Below are positions 16,294 to 25,559 of a stretch of DNA of 47,942 nt, piece by piece. This stretch comes from Thermogutta terrifontis (GTDB taxonomy: Bacteria > Planctomycetota > Planctomycetia > Pirellulales > Thermoguttaceae): NCBI GenBank assembly GCA_040393745.1, contig JBEBTM010000001.1, positions 1 to 47,942 on the forward strand. The letters run 5' to 3'. The notes under the pieces were generated by a model, which ran no database searches, was not told the origin of the DNA, and saw nothing but the letters and a program-made list of their open reading frames with translations. Position numbers and translations under genes: made by a program. The first letter of the stretch is position 1. Each line of letters begins with the position of its first letter.

Positions 16294-17634
16294 TCAGAAA
16301 AATTTGATCAGTTCGCTGAGGATTTCCGGCTGAACCAAGGCGACGACCGTATCGCCCGGCATGAACCGGAAATTCGCGTTAGGAACTTGAACGTATCCCG
16401 TTCGCATCACGGCGGCCAGCAAACACTGGCGTGGCAAAGGTACGTTTTTGAGAGTATCCTCCGTAATCTTGGCTCCTTCGCAGACTTCGAGTTCCACAAC
16501 GTCGATGGACTGTCCGAAAAGCTGCATATTTCGGAACAAAATCGGACCGCTATTCAAAAAACCGAGAACCTGCCGAGCGATCACGTTGGCGGGCACGATG
16601 GCCCGGTCAATCTTTAGTTTTTCAGTAAGCATTCCGTAGTCAGGCCGATTGACCAGGACCATCGTGCGGATATCATCTTTGTATTCCTTGACTTCCAGCG
16701 CGGCGATGATATTGTCCTCATCCTCTCCGGTACAAGCGACAAAACAGTCGAAATTTTGGATGTGTTCATTTTGCAGCAAGGTTCGGTTCGTTACGTCACC
16801 ATGGATGACCGTACAGCCGGGTAGATGGTAGGCCAGGAAATCGCAACGGGCCCGGTCGACTTCCATAACGGTGACATGATGTCGCCGACCTTGCAGGATC
16901 AGAGCCAACTGGGAGCCCGTCTCGCCGCCGCCGCCGATGAGAATGCGTTTTGCCTTGGGGGATTGACCCTGAAGTTTTTTCTTGGTGATTTCGATTTTGT
17001 CCCGGGCTCCGATCAACGCGATACGGTCACCCTGTTGGATCACATCGGACGCGGTCGCGATTTTAATCTCGTTTCCCCGACGGATCACGCCCACGCGGAC
17101 ATCCGGCGGGAATTTCAGTTCGGCCAACGGCTTGCTCATCGCCGGGGGAGGTTCGTCGAAGATCAGGATTTCCTGGAGTTCGACTTCTCCGCCGGCGAAA
17201 TGCTCGATCATCAAATCGCCCGTGACCCGGATTTCCCGGGCAAATTCGGCCGCGGTGAGATTTTCGATGCTCATCAAACGGTCGATACCGAATTGTTTTT
17301 GATAATCGACCGTGCTGGTGTCCTGAATGGAACGGGAAAAAATCCGGGCCGCCACGCGGCGCACGCCCATCGTCCGGGCAATGGACGCCCCGACGAGGTT
17401 GACTTCATCGCTGCCGGTCACCGCGAGACAAACTTCCGCCGAGGTCACATCGGCCTGGAAAAGCGTATCCGCGTGGGAAGCCGAGCCGGTCACCACGGAA
17501 CCCTCGATCATATCGTCCAGTTGCTTCGCCCGCTCGGGATCCGATTCCACAACGGTCACATCGTGCCGATGCGTTCCGAGAATCTCGGCAATCGTCTGAC
17601 CGACCTTTCCACCGCCAAGAACGAGAACACGCAT
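16294..17634 (-). CDS. trkA: Trk system potassium uptake protein TrkA
   Basis: 446 aa with two TrkA-N/TrkA-C units: MRVLVLGGGKVGQTIAEIL and a second RILIGGGGETGSQLALIL. Confidence 0.9.
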   Translation of the reverse strand: MRVLVLGGGKVGQTIAEILGTHRHDVTVVESDPERAKQLDDMIEGSVVTGSASHADTLFQADVTSAEVCLAVTGSDEVNLVGASIARTMGVRRVAARIFSRSIQDTSTVDYQKQFGIDRLMSIENLTAAEFAREIRVTGDLMIEHFAGGEVELQEILIFDEPPPAMSKPLAELKFPPDVRVGVIRRGNEIKIATASDVIQQGDRIALIGARDKIEITKKKLQGQSPKAKRILIGGGGETGSQLALILQGRRHHVTVMEVDRARCDFLAYHLPGCTVIHGDVTNRTLLQNEHIQNFDCFVACTGEDEDNIIAALEVKEYKDDIRTMVLVNRPDYGMLTEKLKIDRAIVPANVIARQVLGFLNSGPILFRNMQLFGQSIDVVELEVCEGAKITEDTLKNVPLPRQCLLAAVMRTGYVQVPNANFRFMPGDTVVALVQPEILSELIKFF

Positions 17635-17639
17635 AGGAC

Positions 17640-18581
17640 CTATCCAAGGTTCGCTGTGTACCAGTCAATTGCCCTTTCGAGCCCTTGATCGAAATACACC
17701 AAGGGTTCGTAGCCGATTTTTTTCTTGGCGAGCGAAATATCGGCCAAGGAATGTTTGACGTCTCCGGCGCGGGTGGGTTGGTAAATCGGCTGAACATCTT
17801 TCTTCATCAGGCTTTTCAGCTTGTCAAGAATCTGGTTCAAGGACACGGCTGCATTGCAGGCAATATTCATGGGCTTGCCGTCGCAGTTGGTCGCGGGAGC
17901 ATTGGCGGCGAGCCAGTTGGCCGAACAGACGTTTTCGATATAACAGAAATCCCGGGTTTGTTCGCCATCGCCGTAAACGACCGGTTGCTCGTCTTTTAGG
18001 AGTTTGCTCACAAAGGCGGGAATCACGGCCGCATAGGCTCCGAAGGGGTCCTGACGCGGTCCGAAGACGTTGAAATAGCGGAGTGAGACGGTTTCCATGC
18101 CGTAAGCGGCGGCATAAGCCTGCAAGTACGCCTCGCAGGAGGCCTTGCTCGCGGCGTAAGGACTGATCGGTAGAACCGGCATGGTTTCCACCTTTGGCGA
18201 CTCAGGTTGTTCGCCGTAAGCCGAACTGGATGCGGCAAAAACGACCCGTTTGACCCCGGCGGCGCGGGCGGATTCGAGGACCGTGAGGGTTCCGTTGACG
18301 TTGACGTCATGCGATAGCGCGGGATTTTCCACGCTTCGGGGTACGCTGCCCAAGGCGCCTTCGTGAAAAATGGCGATGCAACCGTCCACGGCCTTGTCGA
18401 CTGTGGCCCGATCCCGGATATCACCTTCGATCAAGGTGATTCGGCTGAGAATTTCGGTAAGGTTTTCACGCTTACCGGTGGCGAAGTTGTCCAAAACGAC
18501 GACATCGTGCCCCTTTTCGAGGATAAAGCGGGCAAGATTCGAGCCGATGAAACCGGCTCCTCCGGTAATAAGGTATTTCAT
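17640..18581 (-). CDS. NAD-dependent sugar-nucleotide epimerase (WbpP/TviC-like SDR)
   Basis: ATG at 18581 gives MKYLITGGAGFIGSNL...VVVLDNFATGKRENL. The catalytic YAASK is present. The track start at 18629 adds 16 implausible residues. The stop lies 5 nt before the trkA start. Confidence 0.85.
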   Translation of the reverse strand: MKYLITGGAGFIGSNLARFILEKGHDVVVLDNFATGKRENLTEILSRITLIEGDIRDRATVDKAVDGCIAIFHEGALGSVPRSVENPALSHDVNVNGTLTVLESARAAGVKRVVFAASSSAYGEQPESPKVETMPVLPISPYAASKASCEAYLQAYAAAYGMETVSLRYFNVFGPRQDPFGAYAAVIPAFVSKLLKDEQPVVYGDGEQTRDFCYIENVCSANWLAANAPATNCDGKPMNIACNAAVSLNQILDKLKSLMKKDVQPIYQPTRAGDVKHSLADISLAKKKIGYEPLVYFDQGLERAIDWYTANLG

Positions 18582-18761
18582 GAACGTCGGTTGCGGTGGT
18601 AATCGGTAATAATGTAGAGACGGAAACAAGCTCTATTCATTCTCATTCAAAACCGATGGGAAGTCAATCAGGAAGTTAGGAAAAAACACGAACGAACGTC
18701 GAGCGGAACTTTCGAGCAGGGTTTGTTGACGTCTTCCGCCGTTCGGCTCTACCGGTTGATC

Positions 18762-18789
18762 TTGTTTTTGGCGGAAAATCTGTCATAAT
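18762..18789 (+). promoter_or_regulatory. Candidate sigma70-type promoter for the CPBP protease gene
   Basis: TTGTTT-N16-CATAAT with an extended -10 (TGTCATAAT), about 45 nt upstream of ATG 18833. Promoter rules in this lineage are not well established. Confidence 0.25.
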
Positions 18790-18832
18790 CGCTTCCCTGC
18801 GTGGAATCTTTCAAATCATTACCGAAAAAAAC

Positions 18833-19564
18833 ATGGAACGGAAATCCCTGAGCGTGTTCGATTGGCTCGTCCTCGTTCTCACGATGGCCTTTCCGACGCT
18901 GCTCACGTTCGTCTATTTCGTGCTCCTCAACGGTTCACCCGGCGAAGCGCAGAAAGCGGCGTTCGGATTCGGTAAAGTCGTCCAGTTCATGCTGCCGGTC
19001 GTTTGGGTCGCCTTGGTATGCCGGAAGGCATGGATGTTGCGGCCTTGGAATTCCCGGGGGGTGGGCGAAGGCGTGGTGTTCGGACTGCTCGTTTTCACGG
19101 CGATGATTGCTCTTTATCTTGCCTGGCTTGGCAAGCCTGGCGGGCCGCTGGGCGACGAGTCTTTTGCGCGATCGGCCATTTTGGACCGTATCAGCGGTTT
19201 CGGGCTCACCGATGGCCGGCTTTATCTGCTCCTCGGTTTGTTCTACTCGCTCATTCATAGCGGACTTGAAGAATATTACTGGCGGTGGTTCGTCTTCGGG
19301 CGACTGTCCCGGGCGATGCCCTGGAAGGTTGCGTCCACGATTGCCGCCCTAGGGTTCATGGCTCACCATGTCATTATCCTCGGAACCTATTTCGGGTATA
19401 CGTCGCCTTACTGTTGGTTCGGCTCTCTGGGTGTGGCCGTGGGAGGGTTTTACTGGAATAGTCTCTACCGACGAAGCGATTCCATCTGGGGGCCTTGGAT
19501 CAGCCACGGAATCATCGACGCCGCGATTTTTACCATCGGTTTTTTCATCGTGACCGGGAATTGA
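18833..19564 (+). CDS. CPBP family intramembrane glutamic endopeptidase (CAAX protease/Abi family)
   Basis: 243 aa and polytopic. The EEYYWRWFVFGRL (EExxxR), FMAHH and HGIIDA motifs are in the canonical order. Confidence 0.85.
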   Translation: MERKSLSVFDWLVLVLTMAFPTLLTFVYFVLLNGSPGEAQKAAFGFGKVVQFMLPVVWVALVCRKAWMLRPWNSRGVGEGVVFGLLVFTAMIALYLAWLGKPGGPLGDESFARSAILDRISGFGLTDGRLYLLLGLFYSLIHSGLEEYYWRWFVFGRLSRAMPWKVASTIAALGFMAHHVIILGTYFGYTSPYCWFGSLGVAVGGFYWNSLYRRSDSIWGPWISHGIIDAAIFTIGFFIVTGN

Positions 19565-19588
19565 AAACAGGACGTTTTTTACTTTATC

Positions 19589-20617
19589 ATGCGATTTCCT
19601 TTTTCATTGACACGCAGTACCGCGCATCACATGATGCGTAACAAGCTGCTCGGCGTGAAGCATTTTCCGTTTGTTTTGATGCTCGAACCGCTGCACGCCT
19701 GCAACCTGCGTTGCGCCGGTTGCGGTCGCATTCGGGAATATGCCGACACGCTGTCCCAGCGGCTTTCCGTGGACGAATGCCTCGATTCCATCACGCAATG
19801 CGGGGCACCCATCGTGAGCATTTGCGGCGGCGAACCGCTGATCTACCCCGACATCATTGAGCTCGTCGACCGAACCTTGAAGCTGGGCAAATACATTTAC
19901 CTGTGCACGAACGGACTTTTGCTCGAAGATCGACTCGACGATTTCATCCGGCTTTCGCACGGAAATCGTCGGGTCAAGGGACGATTGTTCTGGAACGTCC
20001 ACCTCGACGGCATGGAGGCGACCCACGACGCCGTTACCGGCAAAGAAGGTTCGTTCGCCAAGACCGTCAATGGAATGAAGGCGGCCAAGGAGGCCGGGTT
20101 TTACGTTTACACCAACACCACGCTTTACAAGCCGACGCAAATCGAAGAGCTCGTCATGTTGGGCGAACTGCTTGAATTGATCGGCGTGAACGGCATGATG
20201 ATCGCGCCGGGTTACGGTTACGAAGCCGTTCAAAATGAAGGTGAATCGTTCTTCCTGACCCGGGAGGAAACTTACGCGAAATTCCGGGAAATTCGGGAGC
20301 GGCTCAGCCGATTTCGAATCACGGCGACGCCGATTTATCTCGATTTTCTCTGTGGGGAATTCGAATTGCCCTGCGCCGCCTGGGCCAACCCGACACGCAA
20401 TGTCAAAGGCTGGAAAGGCCCCTGTTATCTGGTCACGGACAAACACCATGCAACGTACCGCGACCTGATCGACTCGACCGACTGGACCGCCGTGGGCCCC
20501 GGCAAGGACCCTCGTTGCGAACATTGCATGATGCACTGCGGTTTCGAACCGGCCGCGGTATTGTACGGAAACCGGCTCCGGGACTTGATTCGCCTGGTGA
20601 AATGGCAGATGGGCTAG
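19589..20617 (+). CDS. hpnH: Adenosyl-hopene transferase HpnH (hopanoid-associated radical SAM)
   Basis: 342 aa. LLGVKHFPFVLMLEPLHACNLRCAGCGRIREY carries the CxxxCxxC radical SAM cluster in the HpnH-typical context. The C-terminal CEHCMMHCGFEP motif is also present. Confidence 0.8.
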   Translation: MRFPFSLTRSTAHHMMRNKLLGVKHFPFVLMLEPLHACNLRCAGCGRIREYADTLSQRLSVDECLDSITQCGAPIVSICGGEPLIYPDIIELVDRTLKLGKYIYLCTNGLLLEDRLDDFIRLSHGNRRVKGRLFWNVHLDGMEATHDAVTGKEGSFAKTVNGMKAAKEAGFYVYTNTTLYKPTQIEELVMLGELLELIGVNGMMIAPGYGYEAVQNEGESFFLTREETYAKFREIRERLSRFRITATPIYLDFLCGEFELPCAAWANPTRNVKGWKGPCYLVTDKHHATYRDLIDSTDWTAVGPGKDPRCEHCMMHCGFEPAAVLYGNRLRDLIRLVKWQMG

Positions 20618-20741
20618 GATATATGGATCATGGTAAAATGGAAAGCCGGAAACCGGCGGCCCTATAAAACCGCAATATTCGACGGATGATCCCCTTCTTT
20701 TTCCGAGTTTCGGATCGACCGGAGATTCCTCCGTTCGTCGG

Positions 20742-21662
20742 TCATTCCGCTTGCGGGAACCCGCGGCGACTCTTCTTTTTTTCTGCGTTTGCAGGTGCGC
20801 CTTGTCCCGGTTTCCAAGAATCAAGTCCCGGAATATACGGCATTTCCCCCGCGTTTTGGTGAGAGGACAACGGAGGCATAAACGCCGGTCGGTCGGCCAA
20901 AAGCTTCTTTTCCAGTTCCTTCTGTTCGGTGGTCAGGTGAACACGAAGTTTTTCGCCCATTTTCTGCCCCGTCGCTTCCATGCGCGCCATCAAAGCCTTG
21001 CCTTCCGCTTCGAGTTCCCGTCGTTCCTCTTCCGACATATTCGGATTCGCCACACCTTTTTCAAACAGGCGCAACGATTCTTCCAACTGGGCTTTGCGTT
21101 CTTCCTCCAATTCCTTGAAAGTGGCCTGTAGCTTCTTTTTTTGCTCGTCACTCACGTCGAGCGCCTGAATGGTATCGAGATTCATCAGCGGCGAATCAAG
21201 GCCGCCCATGAATTGAAAAACTGTTTTCCGGGCCTTATCCGTTTGCTCTTCCGTGGCGATTTTGTCGAAGTGCTGGCGAAAAGAATCAAGATCTCTTTCC
21301 AATTCCTCTTGGACCGCCTGGTAGTCGGCTTCGGTCATTTCCTGGAACCGGGCCGTGTATTTCGGTCCCATTTGGATCATTTTTCCCAGCACTTCAGTGC
21401 GGGCGGCGTCCAGTTCGGTCATTTGCGCTTCGGAAAAACCGATGATATTTCGCAGGTCCGGATTGTCGGCCCCGATCAGAACCATTGTGTTTCCCATGCC
21501 CTTGCCGATGGAGCCGGCGAAGGACCGACCGAGAACGGTAATCATGCCTTTCGGTGGCGTCTGTGGGGATGGCCCGTTGCCGGAACCTTGGGAAAACACG
21601 AACGGGCCCGACAATAGAGTCAAAAGTGCGATAACGATGGCGGCAATATTTCGCTTTGGCAT
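20742..21662 (-). CDS. Secreted helical protein with LTxxQ-like repeats (Spy/CpxP-like, tentative)
   Basis: ATG at 21662 gives MPKRNIAAIVIALLTLLSGPFVFSQ, a signal peptide. The E/K-rich helical body contains SEAQMTELD, VSDEQKKKLQ and LTTEQKELEKKL. Confidence 0.5.
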   Translation of the reverse strand: MPKRNIAAIVIALLTLLSGPFVFSQGSGNGPSPQTPPKGMITVLGRSFAGSIGKGMGNTMVLIGADNPDLRNIIGFSEAQMTELDAARTEVLGKMIQMGPKYTARFQEMTEADYQAVQEELERDLDSFRQHFDKIATEEQTDKARKTVFQFMGGLDSPLMNLDTIQALDVSDEQKKKLQATFKELEEERKAQLEESLRLFEKGVANPNMSEEERRELEAEGKALMARMEATGQKMGEKLRVHLTTEQKELEKKLLADRPAFMPPLSSHQNAGEMPYIPGLDSWKPGQGAPANAEKKKSRRGFPQAE

Positions 21663-22050
21663 GGCAATGTAATAAAAAAGTGTTTGAAAATAGTTTCGTA
21701 TCAAGCGGCGTCAACACCAACACGTCATTAGTTCGTTCTCCTCCCCTTTTCAGGCAAAAACGCATGAAATTTCTCGGACTGACGGGCGATGGCGAATTCG
21801 CGATTGTCTTTCAGGTCGATTTCATTTTGAACAAGAAGCTAAAAAAGACTCGTGACACCAACATGATTATCGCTTTCAAGTCGTCCAGATAAACGTAAGG
21901 ACGAACGCCAAGGCTTCGGTGTTACACGTTTTCTCAAAAAAACCTTCGGTCGTCCTCTTAAATAGAGCCATTGACCCACTGTCGCTGAAATGTTACCCTT
22001 TCGTTGTCGCTATTTCCGTTTTCAACGTCATTGTCATTTTCCTTTCCTCC

Positions 22051-22989
22051 ATGATAATTATTTTTCTCGCAATAACGATGTTTCAAGTAAGTGTGACGGC
22101 GACCGATACCTGGACCGAAGATTGGAAAGACGCCAAGCGGGACCGGACCGTACCGGTTCGGATTTTCATGCCCAACGCGGCGAAATTTCCGGGCCCCTGC
22201 CCTGTCGTGCTACTCTCCCACGGGCTCGGCGGATCTCGGGAAGGTTTCGGCTATCTCGGCGAAGATTGGTCCGCCCACGGTTACGTCGTTCTTGTCATGC
22301 AACACATCGGCAGCGACATTTCCATCCACTTGAACCGGGACAAATCCGGCGAAACGGCCCAGCAACGGATGCAAAAGGCGATCAGTGCCCAAACGGCCCA
22401 GGACCGCTACGACGACGTCGTTTTCGTACTCGACGAACTGGAACGGCGCAGTGTCGTCAAGGATTCCAAAGACAAACTCGCGGGCCGGATCGACATGCGG
22501 CGAGTCGGCTTCGGCGGTCATTCCTTCGGCTCGCAAACGACCTTGGCCGTCGTGGGTCGATTTCCGTACAAAGCTGATCCTCGAATCAAGGCGGCCGTGG
22601 CCATGAGTCCGAACCGTACGAAAACGGGCGACCAGAAAAAGATTCACGCCCCCATCAAAACGCCGATCATGCATCTGACCGGCACGAAAGACGAAAGTCC
22701 GCTGGAACGCAATTTCGACCCGAAAAACCGGCAGATTCCGTTTGAAAGCATCACCGCGCCGAACCAGTATCTCGTTGTCTTCGACGGCGGAAACCACATG
22801 CTCTTTTCGGGTCACCGTCGTCCGTTGGGCATGTCCGACGCCGAAAAGAAGCACCAACCGCTGATCGCCGAAATGACCCGGAAGTTCTTCGATGCTTACC
22901 TCAAAGACGATGCCGATGCCAAAAAATGGCTCGAAAACGACCTCGATGAAAGTATGGCCGGCAAAGGCACCGCACGGCACAAACCCTAA
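22051..22989 (+). CDS. Alpha/beta hydrolase (dienelactone hydrolase / PAF-acetylhydrolase-like)
   Basis: Internal ATG at 22051 gives MIIIFLAITMFQVSVTA as a signal or anchor. Motifs are PVVLLSHGLGGSREGF, the nucleophile elbow GGHSFGSQT and a late GGNHMLF. The track start at 21919 lies in AT-rich non-coding-looking sequence. Confidence 0.75.
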   Translation: MIIIFLAITMFQVSVTATDTWTEDWKDAKRDRTVPVRIFMPNAAKFPGPCPVVLLSHGLGGSREGFGYLGEDWSAHGYVVLVMQHIGSDISIHLNRDKSGETAQQRMQKAISAQTAQDRYDDVVFVLDELERRSVVKDSKDKLAGRIDMRRVGFGGHSFGSQTTLAVVGRFPYKADPRIKAAVAMSPNRTKTGDQKKIHAPIKTPIMHLTGTKDESPLERNFDPKNRQIPFESITAPNQYLVVFDGGNHMLFSGHRRPLGMSDAEKKHQPLIAEMTRKFFDAYLKDDADAKKWLENDLDESMAGKGTARHKP

Positions 22990-23837
22990 TTCGTTTTCCC
23001 GACGAATTTAGTCATGATCCAATCGGTGAATCCCGGCGAAACGCGGTTCATCACGTCAAGAATCACGGCTTGGAAATACGGGATGATTCGGTGTTTGCCC
23101 CCCTTCATGGCTTTGATCATTCTCATGGCGACATGTTCCGGGGTCACGGCAACATGGACCGGCATGTCCGGGGCGCTGCTCGCCTGATGCAACACGTCGA
23201 AGAATTCCGTTTTCGTCGTTCCGGGACAGACCAGCAGGACGTCGATCCCCCGACCGTGGAATTCAGCCCGCATCGCTTCGGAGAGCCCTGTCACGGCGAA
23301 CTTCGCGGCACCATAGGCGCCGTAATGCGGCGTACCGCGCAGTCCCACGATGGAACTGATATTGACGACCATCGGCCGGATTTTCAGCAACCGGCGTTCT
23401 TTCGATTGCGCCGATTCCTCCAGTAGCGGCAGGGCTGACCGGGTCATTTCGTACAGCGCGAAATAGTTCAGCTCCATCATGTCCCGCACCGTCTTTTCCG
23501 TCGTCCGTTCGAACAACGAAGTCGCGCCCGCTCCGGCGTTATTGACCAGGATGTCCAAACCGCCGAGTTTCGTTCGGCATTGGTTGATGGCCGTTTGCCG
23601 AATTTCAGGATCAGTCACATCGCCGATGACGGGCACGATTTTTTTTGCGCCATTGTGGGGATCGTAATCGCTGAAGTCCTTTTGGATCCGCTCGACCACT
23701 TGCCGAAGCCGATCTTCACGCCGGGCCAGGACGACCATGTCGGCCCCTTCCTTGGCAAGCTCCACGGCCAAGGCGGCCCCGATACCGGATGAGGCTCCGG
23801 TGAGTAAAACGCGACTGGATGCTAAAAGACGTTTCAT
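22986..23837 (-). CDS. SDR family oxidoreductase
   Basis: ATG at 23837 gives MKRLLASSRVLLTGASSGIGAALAVELAKEGADMVVLARR (TGxxxGIG). NNAG and YGAAK catalytic motifs are present. Confidence 0.85.
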   Translation of the reverse strand: MKRLLASSRVLLTGASSGIGAALAVELAKEGADMVVLARREDRLRQVVERIQKDFSDYDPHNGAKKIVPVIGDVTDPEIRQTAINQCRTKLGGLDILVNNAGAGATSLFERTTEKTVRDMMELNYFALYEMTRSALPLLEESAQSKERRLLKIRPMVVNISSIVGLRGTPHYGAYGAAKFAVTGLSEAMRAEFHGRGIDVLLVCPGTTKTEFFDVLHQASSAPDMPVHVAVTPEHVAMRMIKAMKGGKHRIIPYFQAVILDVMNRVSPGFTDWIMTKFVGKTN

Positions 23838-23888
23838 GGGAGAGGGCTTCCGACAAAATAATGGGAACTGCAACCCGTTTTCGCAGAA

Positions 23889-23917
23889 TTGAACAAACGG
23901 GAAAAATATGTTAAAAT
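23889..23917 (+). promoter_or_regulatory. Candidate sigma70-type promoter upstream of the GspF-like gene
   Basis: TTGAAC-N17-TAAAAT, about 129 nt upstream of ATG 24046 in the divergent gap. Confidence 0.35.
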
Positions 23918-24045
23918 ACGGCAAGCGGGTTCGGAACTTTTGCGCAATGCAGGGGTTTCCCCGTGTATCGGCCGGCCCCTCCGCACGATGCCGCGATTAT
24001 ACTGTTCATCGCCGTTCATTTCCACCGACCCGAAACAAAATCCCC

Positions 24046-25245
24046 ATGCCAGAATACCGATACGCGGCGAGAAACGAACTGGGAGCCAAGATCGAAGGCG
24101 TGCTCGACGCCGCCTCGGAGCACGAAGCTGCCGCGACCCTTTCCGCCGGTGGCATGTTCCCGCTGGAAGTCAAGCCGGTCCTGAAACAGGCCGCCACGGG
24201 TAAGGTCCGTCGGGTCGGCGGACAGCAGCTCGCCGCGTTTTACTCCCAATTGGCCGATTTGCTCCGAGGAGGCGTGCCCATGCTCAAGGCGCTGAAGATC
24301 CTCCAGGAGCAAACCTCAAACGCCAACTTAAAATTTGTGCTCGACCACGTTTACCGTCGGGTCGAGGCGGGAGAAACCATGGCCGAGGCGATGTCACGCT
24401 ATCCCATGGTTTTCGGTGAAATGGGCATCCAAATGATCCGGGCCGGCAGCGAAGGCGGTTTTCTTGAAGAGTCCCTGGGGCACGTTGCCGATTACACGGA
24501 AGCCCAGGACGACCTGAAAGGCCGGATCATCGGGGCGCTCGTTTATCCCGTACTGCTGTTTGTCTTTCTCATTGCGGTCGTCTCGGCGATCCTGCTGATC
24601 ATCGTACCCTATTTCGAGCCGTTTTTCGACGATTTAAAACGCCGGGGCGAATTACCGCCTTTGACGCAAATGCTCCTGACGATCTCGAATCAGATGAAAT
24701 ACATCGTTGCCGTGGCTGCACCGCTGTGCATCGGTGGCTTCATCTGGTTTCGCATCTGGAGCCGCACGGAAACCGGCCGTCGGATCGTGGACCGAATCAA
24801 ACTCAAAACGCCCGTGGCCGGGCCCGTTTACGAAAGCTTTGCCGTAGCGAGATTTTGCCGCGTTCTGGGCACCCTGCTGCGAAACGGCGTGCCCATCGTC
24901 AAGTCGCTGGACATTTCCAGTGACGCCACGGGCAACCGTATCTTGTCCGATGCGATCCAAAGTGCGTCGGAGCGTCTCAGCGGCGGTTCCCGGCTTGCCG
25001 CACCGTTGGCCGAGTCGGGCTGTTTTCCCCGGTCGATCATCGAAATGATTTCCGTGGCCGAGGAGTCGAACACACTGGACACGGTTCTGGTCGAAATCTC
25101 CGAATCGCTGGAAAAACGGAACTGGCGAGCCCTGGATTTGGCCGTCCGGTTCATCGAACCGGTCATGCTCATTCTACTCGGCGTGGTCGTACTTTTTCTT
25201 GTTCTCGCACTGCTATTGCCCGTGTTCAACATGGCGAATGTGTAA
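24046..25245 (+). CDS. Type II secretion system F family protein (GspF/PilC-like platform protein)
   Basis: ATG at 24046 gives MPEYRYAARNELGAKIEGVLDA. There are two T2SSF repeats (LADLLRGGVPMLKALKIL... and FCRVLGTLLRNGVPIVKSLDI...) and three TM segments. Confidence 0.85.
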   Translation: MPEYRYAARNELGAKIEGVLDAASEHEAAATLSAGGMFPLEVKPVLKQAATGKVRRVGGQQLAAFYSQLADLLRGGVPMLKALKILQEQTSNANLKFVLDHVYRRVEAGETMAEAMSRYPMVFGEMGIQMIRAGSEGGFLEESLGHVADYTEAQDDLKGRIIGALVYPVLLFVFLIAVVSAILLIIVPYFEPFFDDLKRRGELPPLTQMLLTISNQMKYIVAVAAPLCIGGFIWFRIWSRTETGRRIVDRIKLKTPVAGPVYESFAVARFCRVLGTLLRNGVPIVKSLDISSDATGNRILSDAIQSASERLSGGSRLAAPLAESGCFPRSIIEMISVAEESNTLDTVLVEISESLEKRNWRALDLAVRFIEPVMLILLGVVVLFLVLALLLPVFNMANV

Positions 25246-25559
25246 CACCGAAAGCTTCCGGTGGAACGCAACTTGGGAATAACGCCATCGTTTCGGGTTG
25301 TATCGCTTTCGCTGATTCCCCGGTTTCCGACGTCTGTGCGTATTCTTTTTGAATAACGTCTTTTAAGCAATAATCGGGTCCTGACGCCATCGATTTTTTA
25401 GGGAAATTCTCACCCGGGGAAACGCCGAAGACTTGATTGAACGGAGTCCGTGCCGGCGCATTGAGAAGGAGTTTGACCGCGTCGTATCCTTATCGTGAAA
25501 CGTCCACAATAAGGCGTTTGAGCAATCCTTGTTTCGGTCAAAATGTCAGAGAGGCGGCC

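Noticed and set aside
16054-16617. 187-aa plus-strand ORF in the STAS-trkA gap
   Set aside because: It runs antisense into trkA and crosses hairpin and T-tract sequences, and it has no motif.
20645-20657. GCCGG-aaa-CCGGC hairpin in the hpnH / LTxxQ-protein convergent gap as a terminator
   Set aside because: It has only a 5-bp stem with a 3-nt loop. The T-rich run is interrupted on the minus strand and absent on the plus strand, so it is too weak to call.
19604-20824. 406-aa ORF antisense to hpnH
   Set aside because: The radical SAM/HpnH motifs are on the plus strand, and the antisense product has no motif.
21656-21892. 78-aa ORF (or a 42-aa version from ATG 21764) in the AT-rich divergent gap
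   Set aside because: It is very short, with no RBS, signal or motif. The region looks like promoter DNA for the two flanking genes.
22986-22989. Convergent hydrolase and SDR genes overlapping by their stop codons (CTAA)
   Set aside because: The overlap is real in the sequence, but this is a common compaction of convergent genes. It carries no evident functional signal.
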